This document shows, in pieces, positions 29,900 to 43,018 of a stretch of 64,000 bases of DNA. The translations under genes and the position numbers were made by a program. The DNA comes from Eledone cirrhosa (lineage: Eukaryota), in NCBI GenBank assembly GCA_964016885.1, contig OZ024741.1, forward strand, positions 396,614,001 to 396,678,000. Direction: 5' to 3'. How positions within the stretch are numbered: the first letter of the stretch is position 1; each line of letters opens with the position of its first letter. The notes beneath the pieces are model-generated. The model worked only from the letters and a program-made list of their open reading frames with translations. It was not told the origin of the DNA and did not search any database.

Positions 29900-31225
29900 T
29901 ATATATAATAATATATATAATAATATATATATAATATATATAATAATATATATAATAATATATATAATAATATATATAATAATATATATATAATATATAT
30001 AATTATATATATATAATATATATAATAATATATATAATAATATATATAATAATATATATAATAACATATATAATAATATATATAATAATATATATAATAA
30101 TATATATATAATATATATAATAATATATATAATAATATATATAATAATATATATAATAATATATATAATAATATATATAATAATATATATATAATATATA
30201 TAATAATATATATAATAATATATATAATAATATATATAATAATATATATAATAATATATATAATAATATATATATAATATATATAATAATATATATAATA
30301 ATATATATAATAATATATATAATAATATATATAATAATATATATAATAATATATATATAATATATATAATAATATATATAATAATATATATAATAATATA
30401 TATAATAATATATATAATAATATATATATAATATATATAATAATATATATAATAATATATATAATAATATATATAATAATATATATAATAATATATATAA
30501 TAATATATATAATAATATATATAATAATATATATAATAATATATATAATAATATATATAATAATATATATAATAATATATATAATAATATATATAATAAT
30601 ATATATAATAATATATATAATAATATATATAATAATATATATAATAATATATATAATAATATATATAATAATATATATAATAATATATATAGTAATATAT
30701 ATATAATATATATAATAATATATATAATAATATATATATATAATATATATAATAATATATATAATAATATATATAATAATATATATAATAATATATATAA
30801 TAATATATATAATAATATATATATAATATATATAATAATATATATAATAATATATATATAATATATATAATAATATATATAATAATATATATAATAATAT
30901 ATATAATAATATATATAATAATATATATAATAATATATATAATAATATATATAATAATATATATAATAATATATATAATAATATATATATAATATATATA
31001 ATAATATAAATAATAATATATATAATAATATATATAATAATATATATAATAATATATATAATAATATATATAATAATATATATAATAATATATATAATAA
31101 TATATATAATAATATATATAATAATATATATAATAATATATATATAATATATATAATAATATATATAATAATATATATAATAAAATATATAAAAATATAT
31201 ATATAATATATATAATAATATATAT

Positions 31226-31405
31226 GGATGGGCAGTATCGGTAGAGGGTCGGACGCCATGCTTACCAGCATAGTTACGTCCCTTTACGATCTGAGTTCAA
31301 ATCCCGCCGAGGTTGACATTGCCTTTCATCCTTACGGGGTCGATAAAATAAAGTACCAGTAATGAACTGGGAAATTGCTGGCCTTGTGCCTAAAGTAGAA
31401 ACAAA
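31226..31405 (+). mobile_element. tRNA-derived SINE, copy 2
   Basis: Near-identical to copy 1, with the same truncation point and flanks. Confidence 0.9.
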
Positions 31406-34400
31406 TATATATAATAATATATATAATAATATATATATAATATATATAATAATATATATAATAATATATATAATAATATATATAATAATATATATATAAT
31501 ATATATAATTATATATATATAATATATATAATAATATATATAATAATATATATAATAATATATATAATAATATATATAATAATATATATAATAATATATA
31601 TAATAATATATATAATAATATATATATAATATATATAATAATATATATAATAATATATATAATAATATATATAATAATATATATAATAATATATATATAA
31701 TATATATAATAATATATATAATAATATATATAATAATATATATAATAATATATATAATAATATATATAATAATATATATATAATATATATAATAATATAT
31801 ATAATAATATATATAATAATATATATAATAATATATATAATAATATATATATAATATATATAATAATATATATAATAATATATATAATAATATATATAAT
31901 AATATATATAATAATATATATATAATATATATAATAATATATATAATAATATATATAATAATATATATAATAATATATATAATAATATATATATAATATA
32001 TATAATAATATATATAATAATATATATAATAATATATATAATAATATATATAATAATATATATAATAATATATATAATAATATATATAATAATATATATA
32101 ATAATATATATAATAATATATATATAATATATATAATTATATATATATAATATATATAATAATATATATAATAATATATATAATAATATATATAATAACA
32201 TATATAATAATATATATAATAATATATATAATAATATATATATAATATATATAATAATATATATAATAATATATATAATAATATATATAATAATATATAT
32301 AATAATATATATATAATATATATAATAATATATATAATAATATATATAATAATATATATAATAATATATATAATAATATATATAATAATATATATATAAT
32401 ATATATAATAATATATATAATAATATATATAATAATATATATAATAATATATATAATAATATATATATAATAATATATATATAATATATATAATAATATA
32501 TATAATAATATATATAATAATATATATAATAATATATATATAATATATATAATAATATATATAATAATATATATAATAATATATATAATAATATATATAA
32601 TAATATATATAATAATATATATAATAATATATATAATAATATATATAATAATATATATAATAATATATATAATAATATATATAATAATATATATAATAAT
32701 ATATATAATAATATATATAATAATATATATAATAATATATATAATAATATATATAATAATATATATATAATATATATAAAAATATATATAATAATGTATA
32801 TAATAATATATATAATAATATATATAATAATATATATATAATATATATAATAATATATATAATAATATATATAATAATATATATAATAATATATATAATA
32901 ATATATATAATAATATATATAATAATATATATATAATATATATAATAATATATATAATAATATATATAATAATATATATAATAATATATATAATAATATA
33001 TATATAATATATATAATAATATATATAATAATATATATAATAATATATATAATAATATATATAATAATATATATATAATATATATAATAATATATATAAT
33101 AATATATATAATAATATATATAATAATATATATAATAATATATATATAATATATATAATAATATATATAATAATATATATAATAATATATATAATAATAT
33201 ATATAATAATATATATATAATATATATAATAATATATATAATAATATATATAATAATATATATAATAATATATATAATAATATATATAATAATATATATA
33301 ATAATATATATAATAATATATATAATAATATATATAATAATATATATAATAATATATATATAATATATATAATAATATATATAATAATATATATATAATA
33401 TATATAATAATATATATATAATATATATAATAATATATATAATAATATATATATAATATATATAATAATATATATAATAATATATATAATAATATATATA
33501 ATAATATATATAATAATAAATATAATAATATATATATAATATATATAATAATATATATAATAATATATATAATAATAATATATATAATAATATATATAAT
33601 GATATATATAATAATATATATAATAATATATATAATAATATATATAATAATATATATAATAATATATATAATAATATATATAATAATATATATAATAATA
33701 TATATATAATATATATAATAATATATATAATAATATATATAATAATATATATAATAATATATATATAATATATATAATTATATATATATAATATATATAA
33801 TAATATATATAATAATATATATAATAATATATATAATAATATATATAATAATATATATAATAATATATATAATAATATATATAATAATATATATAATAAT
33901 ATATATAATAATATATATAATAATATATATAATAATATATATATAATATATATAAAAATATATATAATAATACATACAATAACATATATAATAATATATA
34001 TAATAATATATATATAATATATATAATAATATATATAATAATATATATAATAATATATATAATAATATATATAATAATATATATAATAATATATATAATA
34101 ATATATATATAATATATATAATAATATAAATAATAATATATATAATAATATATATAATAATATATATAATAATATATATATAATATATATAATAATATAT
34201 ATAATAATATATATAATAATATATATAATAATATATATAATAATATATATATAATATATATAATAATATATATAATAATATATATAATAATATATATAAT
34301 AATATATATAATAATATATATATAATATATATAATAATATATATAATAATATATATAATAATATATATAATAATATTTATAATAATATATATATAATATA

Positions 34401-36115
34401 TATAATAATATATATAATAATATATATAATAATATATATAATAATATATATAATAATATATATAATAATATATATAATAATATATATAATAATATATATA
34501 ATAATATATATAATATTATATATAATAATATATATATAATATATATAATAATATATATAATAATATATACATAATATATATAATAATATATATATAATAT
34601 ATATAATAATATATATAATAATATATATATAATATATATAATAATATATATAATAATATATATAATAATATATATAATAATATATATAATAATAAATATA
34701 ATAATATATATATAATATATATAATAATATATATAATAATATATATAATAATAATATATATAATAATATATATAATGATATATATAATAATATATATAAT
34801 AATATATATAATAATATATATAATAATATATATAATAATATATATAATAATATATATAATAATATATATAATAATATATATAATAATATATATATAATAT
34901 ATATAATAATATATATAATAATATATATAATAATATATATAATAATATATATATAATATATATAATTATATATATATAATATATATAATAATATATATAA
35001 TAATATATATAATAATATATATAATAATATATATAATAATATATATAATAATATATATAATAATATATATATAATATATATGAAAATATATATAATAATA
35101 TATATAATAATATATATAATAATATATATAATAATATATATATAATATATATAATAATATATATAATAATATATATAATAATATATATAATAATATATAT
35201 AATAATATATATAATAATATATATAATAATATATATATAATATATATAATAATATATATAATAATATATATAATAATATATATAATAATATATATAATAA
35301 TATATATATAATATATATAATAATATATATAATAATATATATAATAATATATATAATAATATATATAATTATATATATATAATATATATAATAATATATA
35401 TAATAATGTATATAATAATATATATAATAATATATATAATAATATATATATAATATATATAATAATATATATAATAATATATATAATAATATATATAATA
35501 ATATATATAATAATATATATATAATATATATAATAATATATATAATAATATATATAATAATATATATAATAATATATATAATAATATATATAATAATATA
35601 TATAATAATATATATAATAATATATATAATAATATATATAATAATATATATATAATATATATAATAATATATATAATAATATATATATAATATATATAAT
35701 AATATATATATAATATATATAATAATATATATAATAATATATATATAATATATATAATAATATATATAATAATATATATAATAATATATATAATAATATA
35801 TATAATAATAAATATAATAATATATATATAATATATATAATAATATATATAATAATATATATAATAATAATATATATAATAATATATATAATGATATATA
35901 TAATAATATATATAATAATATATATAATAATATATATAATAATATATATAATAATATATATAATAATATATATAATAATATATATAATAATATATATAAT
36001 AATATATATAATAATATATATAATAATATATATATAATATATATAATAATATATATAATAATATATATAATAAAATATATAATAATATATATATAATATA
36101 TATAATAATATATAT

Positions 36116-36295
36116 GGATTGGCAGTATCGGTAGAGGGTCGGACGCCATGCTTTCCAGCATAGTTACGTCCCTTTACGATCTGAGTTCAAATCCCGCCGA
36201 GGTTGACTTTGCCTTTCATCCTTACGGGGTCGATAAAATAAAGTACCAGTAATGAACTGGGAAATTGCTGGCCTTGTGCCTAAAGTAGAAACAAA
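36116..36295 (+). mobile_element. tRNA-derived SINE, copy 3
   Basis: Near-identical to copies 1 and 2, with the same truncation point and flanks. Confidence 0.9.
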
Positions 36296-37311
36296 TATAT
36301 ATAATAATATATATAATAATATATATATAATATATATAATAATATATATAATAATATATATAATAATATATATAATAATATATATATAATATATATAATT
36401 ATATATATATAATATATATAATAATATATATAATAATATATATAATAATATATATAATAATATATATAATAATATATATAATAATATATATATAATATAT
36501 ATAATAATATATATAATAAATATATAATAATATATATAATAATATATATAATAATATATATATAATATATATAATAATATATATAATAATATATATAATA
36601 ATATATATAATAATATATATAATAATATATATAATAATATATATATAATATATATAATAATATATATAATAATATATATAATAATATATATAATAATATA
36701 TATAATAATATATACATAATATATATAATAATATATATAATAATATATATATAATATATATAATAATATATATAATAATATATATAATAATATATATATA
36801 ATATATATAATTATATATATATAATATATATAATAATATATATAATAATATATATAATAATATATATAATAATATATATAATAATATATATAATAATATA
36901 TATAATAATATATATATAATATATATAATAATATATATAATAATATATATAATAATATATATAATAATATATATAATAATATATATAATAATATATATAT
37001 AATATATATAATAATATATATAATAATATATATAATAATATATATAATAATATATATAATAATATATATAATAATATATATATAATATATATAATAATAT
37101 ATATAATAATATATATAATAATATATATAATAATATATATAATAATATATATAATAATATATATAATAATATATATAATAATATATATAATAATATATAT
37201 AATAATATATATATAATATATATAATAATATATATAATAATATATATAATAATATATATAATAATATATATAATAATGTATATAATAATATATATAATAA
37301 TATATATAATA

Positions 37312-38176
37312 ATCATCATCATCATCATCACCGTTTTACGTCCGTTCTTCCACGCTAGCATGGGTTAGACGGGTTGTCCTGTTGTGGGCAGTGTCTGGTC
37401 GGCTGACCATGCCTTGCTCATACAGGAACTGATCTGGCTTGATTTCTACAGCTGGATGCCCTTCCTAACACCAACCTCATTTACAGTGAGTGCTGGGTGC
37501 TTTTTCGTGGCGCCTACACGTCCACTTTACAGTGTGGGCTGGGTGCTTTTTTGCCGTGGCACCTCCACGGCCACCTTGCGGTGGAGGGGGGGGGCATATT
37601 GTTTATATGCTTCAGCATGTACCCATGGGAGGTCGGGTACCCTGTATTACTGCGTGACGCCAGAAGTCACGGTCGTGTGTCATTGACTTTGAGAGGTGTA
37701 GTTGGGTAAGGTCGGCTTTTATCACCTCATCCCAAGTCATCTTGGGTCTCCCCACTCCGCGGTTTCCATCAACTTCTAGTGCTCTGCACCTTTTTATGCA
37801 GCTGTCATCCTTCATACGCATCACATGTCCATACCAGCGTAACCGCCTCTCCTGCACGCAGCATTTGATTCCTCTTATGCTCAGTCTCTCTCTCAATTCC
37901 TTTATGCTTTGTCGTTCACGTATATTACTGTTACACATCCATCGGAGCATGCAGGCTTCGTTTCTCTCTAATCTACGTAAGTCTTCCACCTTCAGCGCCC
38001 AGGTCTCACTACCATGCAACATCGCTGTTCGGATACACGCATCATACAGTCTGCCTTTCATTCTGAGGGAGAAGCCTTTTGCAGCTAGCAGTGGTAGTAG
38101 TTCCCTAAACTTCTTCCATCCCGTTCTTACCCTAGTTATTGTACTTTCTGAGCACCCACCTCCGTTGCTAATTCGA
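37312..38176 (-). mobile_element. 5'-truncated RTE-clade LINE (ORF C-terminus, 3' UTR, (GAT)n tail)
   Basis: RVRTGWKKFRELLPLL...KGRLYDACIRTAMLHGSETW...MLRWMC...RRLRWYGHVMR...GRPKMTW; ends GGACGTAAAACGGTGATGATG; AT array on both sides. Confidence 0.92.
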
Positions 38177-38312
38177 ATAATATATATAATAATATATATA
38201 ATAATATATATAATAATATATATAATAATATATATAATAATATATATATTAATATATATATAATATATATATAATATATATAATAATATATATAATAATA
38301 TATATATAATAT

Positions 38313-40727
38313 TTAAGAAATATATGAGATTACATAGAAGAAAAAAAGGGGAAACAAGAACAAAAACAAAAACTACCATCAATTTACCACCAAGTGTGAC
38401 TATCGGTCACACATCATATGTTAAGGGTCAACAGAACACTTTGAGGCATGCCAACACACTCGCAGCATTACCACGGGTGATGGTGAGACTGAGGTGCTGA
38501 AACAACCAAGTACCGTCACAGACATCACCGACACCTCAGTAGGTGAGGCTAAGGAGCTGAAACAACCAAGCACCCTCATGGGAATCACTTACACCTCAGT
38601 AAGGCCAGGTGATGGCGAGGCTAAGGAGCTGAAACAATCAAGTATCCTCATGGGAATCACCTGATACCTCAGTAAGGCCAGGTGATGGCCAGGCTAAGTA
38701 GCTGAAACAATCAAGCACCCTCATGGGAATCACTTGACACCTCAGTAAGGCCAGGTGATGGCGAGGCTAAGGAGCTGAAACAATCAAGTATCCTCATGGG
38801 AATCACTTGACACCTCAGTAAGGTCAGGTGATGGCGAGGCTAAGATGCTGAAACAACCAAGCACCCTCATGGGAATCACTTGACACCTCAGTAAGGTCAG
38901 GTGATGGCCAGGCTAAGATGCTGAAATAACCAAGCACCCACATGGGAATCACTTGATACCTCAGTAAGGACAGGTGATGGCGAGGCTAAGATGCTGAAAG
39001 AACCAAGTACCCTCATGGGAATCACCTGACACCTCAGTAAGGCCAGGTGATGGCGAGGCTAAGATGCTAAAACAACCAAGCACCCTCATGGGAATCACCT
39101 GACACCTCAGTAAGGCCAGGTGATGGCGAGGCTAAGGTGCTGAAACAACCAAGCACCCCCATGGGCATCACTTGACACCTCGAAGCTGCCAGGCGATGGC
39201 GTGGCTAAGTTGCTGAAACAACCAAGCACCCCCATGGGCATCACTTGACACCTCAGTAAGGCCAGGTGATGGCGAGGCTAAGATGCTGAAACAACCAAGT
39301 ACCCTCATGGGAATCACTTGACACCTCAGTAAGGCCAGGTGTTGGCGAGGCTAAGATGCTGAAACAACCAAGTACCCTTATGGGAATCACTTGACACCTC
39401 AGTAAGGCCAGGTGATGGCGAGGCTAAGGTGCTGAAACAACCAAGTACCCTTATGGGAATCACTTGACACCTCAGTAAGGCCAGGTGATGGCGAGGCTAA
39501 GGTGCTGAAACAACCAAGTACCCTTATGGGAATCACTTGACACCTCAGTAAGGTCAGGTGATGGCGAGGCTAAGATGCTGAAATAACCAAGCACCCTCAT
39601 GGGAATCACTTGACACCTCAGTAAGGCCAGGTGATGCCGAGGCTAAGATGCTGAAACAACCAAGTACCCTCATGGGGATCACTTGACACCTCAGTAAGGT
39701 CAGGTGATGGCAAGGCTAAGATGCTGAAACAACCAAGTACCCTCATGGGAATCACTTGACACCTCAGTAAGGTCAGGTGATGGCGAGGCTAAGATGCTGA
39801 AACAACCAAGTACCCTTATGGGAATCACTTGACACCTCAGTAAGGCCAGGTGATGGCGAGGCTAAGGTGCTGAAACAACCAAGTACCCTTATGGGAATCA
39901 CTTGACACCTCAGTAAGGTCAGGTGATGGCGAGGCTAAGATGCTGAAATAACCAAGCACCCTCATGGGAATCACTTGACACCTCAGTAAGGCCAGGTGAT
40001 GGCGAGGCTAAGATGCTGAAACAACCAAGTACCCTCATGGGAATCACTTGACACCTCAGTAAGGCCAGGTGATGGCGAGGCTAAGATGCTGAAACAACCA
40101 AGTACCCTCATGGGAATCACTTGACACCTCAGTAACGCCAGGTGATGGCGAGGCTAAGGTGCTGAAACAACCAAGTACCCTTATGGGAATCACTTGACAC
40201 CTCAGTAAGGCCAGGTGATGGCGAGGTTAAGGTGCTGAAACAACCAAGTACCCTTATGGGAATCACTTGACACCTCAGTAAGGCCAGGTGATGGTGAGGT
40301 TAAGGTGCTGAAACAACCAAGCACCCCCATGGGCATCACTTGACACCTCAGTAAGGCCAGGTGATGGCGTGGCTAAGGAGCTGAAACAACCAAGCACCCT
40401 CATGGGCATCACTTGAAACCTCGATAAGGCCAGGTGATGGCGTGGCTAAGATGCTGAAACAACCAAGCACACCCATGGGCATCACTTGACACCTCAGTAA
40501 GGCCAGATGATGGCGAGGCTAAGGAGCTGAAACAACCAAGCACCCTCATAGGCATCACCTGACACCTCGATAAGGCCAGGTGATGGGGAGGCTAAGGTGC
40601 TGAAACAACCAAGCACCCTCATGGGCATCACCTGACACTTCAGTAAGGCAGCTGCCAATGATGACAAGAACTTTGCTGTCAGCGGCCCAACTCCACCGAA
40701 TGTCTCAAACGCCACAGGCTGGAAAAA
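38313..40727 (-). mobile_element. 3' end of a CRE-clade (REL endonuclease) non-LTR retrotransposon, internally expanded by the 73-bp array
   Basis: FQPVAFETFGGVGPLTAKFLSSLAAAL at 40650-40727; WLFQHLSLTITRGNAASVLACLKVFC* ending at stop 38428-38430; T-rich 3' UTR to ~38313. Confidence 0.85.
38477..40648. repeat. 73-bp minisatellite, ~30 copies
   Basis: Unit GAGGCTAAGATGCTGAAACAACCAAGTACCCTCATGGGAATCACTTGACACCTCAGTAAGGCCAGGTGATGGC; period 73 measured between successive GGGAATCAC motifs. Confidence 0.97.
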
Positions 40728-40828
40728 ATTATTATTAGATAAATCCAGGTAATTCCAAGTGATTTGAGTTTATCAATTGCCTGGCCTTGTACCTAAATCA
40801 GAAACAATTATTATTATTATTATGGAAT

Positions 40829-41025
40829 GGGCGGTGGATTGGCAGTATCGGTATAGGGTCGAATGCCATGCTCTGAAGCATAGAGTTACCTCCCTTTATG
40901 ATCTGCGTTCAAATCCCGCCGAGGTTAACTTTGCCTTTCATCCTTACGGGGGTCGATAAAATAAAGTACCAGTAATGTACTGGGGTAATTGCTGGCCTTG
41001 TGCCTAAAGTAGAAACAATTATTAT
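40829..41025 (+). mobile_element. Full-length tRNA-derived SINE, preceded by an isolated SINE 3' end plus (ATT)n at 40775-40822
   Basis: Starts GGGCGGTGGATTGGCAGTATCGG, B-box GCGTTCAAATCC, ends GTAGAAACAATTATT. Confidence 0.9.
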
Positions 41026-41084
41026 TCCAGAATGGTCTAGATTATTGTGTTCTTTGTAAAGACAATTGTGTGTTTTGTGAGATG

Positions 41085-41445
41085 TTTGGCTGCTATCTCT
41101 AGCAGGTCGAGGGACAACAACAGAGGCTCCCTAATTGATTTAGTCACACTACTAGGTGTCATCCATAGATCTGGTAACCAGCTGTTGCTATTGTTTAACC
41201 CTAGGCTAGTCCTGGCACTCGAACCATGACCATACTATTCGTTTGTTTTTGTTTTGTTTTGTTTTATTTTTCATATCCACAGTCTACCTAGGAATACATT
41301 TATCTAATATGTTCTATTCGGTGGGTGGTAGGGTGCTATTTGAAGGAAATTAGGCTGCTATTTCTAGCAAGTTAAACGGCCATCTAGAGATTCCTTTGTT
41401 AGCTGATTGTGAACAACAACCTAGAGGTTCTTTTGTTAGCTGGTT
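41085..41445. repeat. Unclassified repeat with degenerate direct repeats (GGCTGCTATYTCTAGCA...AGAG)
   Basis: Motif at ~41088 and ~41353, plus a partial CTAGAG..T..TTTGTTAGCTG duplication. Confidence 0.4.
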
Positions 41446-41721
41446 AGGTAAGTTGAACTGTTAAGACACAACACATCAACCTAGATATATTACTATCAAC
41501 AAGTAACTATATATAGATCAAATTTCATTATTCAAGTGAGGGGTTTTTCTCTCTTTGTGTTGTTTTAACATTTAGAACTTAAAACCTGGTCGCATTCCTT
41601 ATTTTTTTTATGTTTAAATGTGTTAAACATTATTCTATGAATATAATAATATAATGTTTACAGAATGATAATATAGACATATATAATACTTAATAGTTCT
41701 TACAGAATGAAAATGTAGACA

Positions 41722-42696
41722 TATGGAAGCATGGTCTAGAATCAAAAAGCCTTAAAATTAACTTGTCTAAGACTAAAGTTCTAGTATGTGGGAAGGAAAA
41801 TAGGGCACAGGTCTCCTCTGGGAAATGGCCATGCTCAGTGTGTAGGAAAGGAGTAGGCAGAAATTCCATTTTATGTCCCAAATGCAAAGTATGGGTGCAT
41901 AAAAGATGTAGTGGGATCACAGGTAAGCTATCTAAGAACATAGATTTTATATGTGGCCGGTGCTTAGGTGCAATAAGTAGCTAGTGCCCACAGGATGAAA
42001 GGCAGACTGTATGATGCCTGCATATGAACAGCAATGTTACATGGCAGTGAGACATGGGCATTGTGTGCAGAGGATCTGCGCAGACTAGAAAGGAATGAAG
42101 CATCCATGTTCCGTTGGATGTGTAATAGTAATATACGTGAACAGCAAAGCATAAATGAACTAAGTGAGAAATTAGGACTAAGAGGGATCAGATGCTGTTA
42201 GCGAGAGAAGACTACGTTGGCATGGTCACGTGATGTGCATGAAAGATGACAACTGTATAAAAACGTGCAGGGCGATCAAAATTGATGGAAGTTACAGAGT
42301 AGGTAGACCCAGAAAAACCTGGGACGACTTGATAAATTCCAACCTTACACACTTACACCTCTCTAAGACAATGTTACTGGACTTTGGCGCTACGCAGTAA
42401 TACAGAAGACCCGCCATGCCTATGTACAAAGCGAAACCTACAGTCAGTAGGCACCTCTTAATCAAATATACACCCCCATCCCCTACCCCAACCCCCATCC
42501 ACACTACCCCTTTCTCTGTAAAGTTATGTTGGTACCACAACATCCAGTCCTAAATAAATGAAGTCGTGTAGGTGTCACAAAAAAAAAACACACACAGTCC
42601 ACGCTGTAATGTGGCTGTGTAGGTAACACGGTAAAAACACATCTAAACCCATGCTAGCATGGAAGATGGATGTTAAACGACAATGATGATGATGAT
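41722..42696 (+). mobile_element. Degenerate RTE LINE fragment with a PHD-like finger, an internal deletion and a (GAT)n tail
   Basis: LKINLSKTKV...CSVC...CPKC...HKRC...CGRC, then jumps to RMKGRLYDACI*TAMLHGSETW; homologous to 37312-38176; contains stops. Confidence 0.88.
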
Positions 42697-42755
42697 ATAA
42701 TATACACTATTGTATATACTTGTTACAGAATGAAAATATAGACACATCTGCCTCA

Positions 42756-42962
42756 TACCCAGGGACAAAGGGTAAGACCATCTGGTCTCTTCCCATCAAT
42801 TCTAGATAATCCAGCTGGCTCCAGATCTGAGGGGATATTAACCTGAGCTAGGGCCTGCTTGATGATCAGGTTTAGCTTGGTATGGTGGAGGAAGCAACCA
42901 GGATTCAGATGACAAGAAAAACCATGGAGGTCTGTGAGGAGGACACCACAATGACAAATCAT
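42756..42962 (-). mobile_element. CRE-clade LINE fragment: Zn knuckle and start of the REL domain
   Basis: CHCG...HGFSC...HHTKLNLIIKQAL...PSDLEPAGLSRIDGKRPDGLTLCPW matches the CRE pattern CxCG..HGLSC..RH..N..EP.GL.R.DGKRPDG.T..PW; collinear with 38313-40727. Confidence 0.85.
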
Positions 42963-43018
42963 TGCTTATTTTAGTTTCTATTTTAAGGATAGTGAGAGGT
43001 TAGGTTGTCAAGTTGAGC

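Larger units (their letters stand above)
28710..37313. repeat. AT-only minisatellite, (AATATATATAAT)n with 11-bp variants
   Basis: Almost pure A/T with ~12-bp period; resumes at 38177-38312 after an RTE insertion. Confidence 0.97.

Noticed and set aside
28793-37361. I/Y/L-rich minus-strand ORFs
   Set aside because: These are translations of the AT minisatellite.
40829-40925. tRNA gene
   Set aside because: A and B boxes are present, but they continue into a SINE body and tail found in several copies, and no convincing cloverleaf forms.
41655-42750. TTACAGAATGA.AAT.TAGACA.AT as the TSD of the RTE fragment
   Set aside because: Three copies exist and the right one is offset from the tail, which fits a pre-existing short tandem repeat better than a clean TSD.
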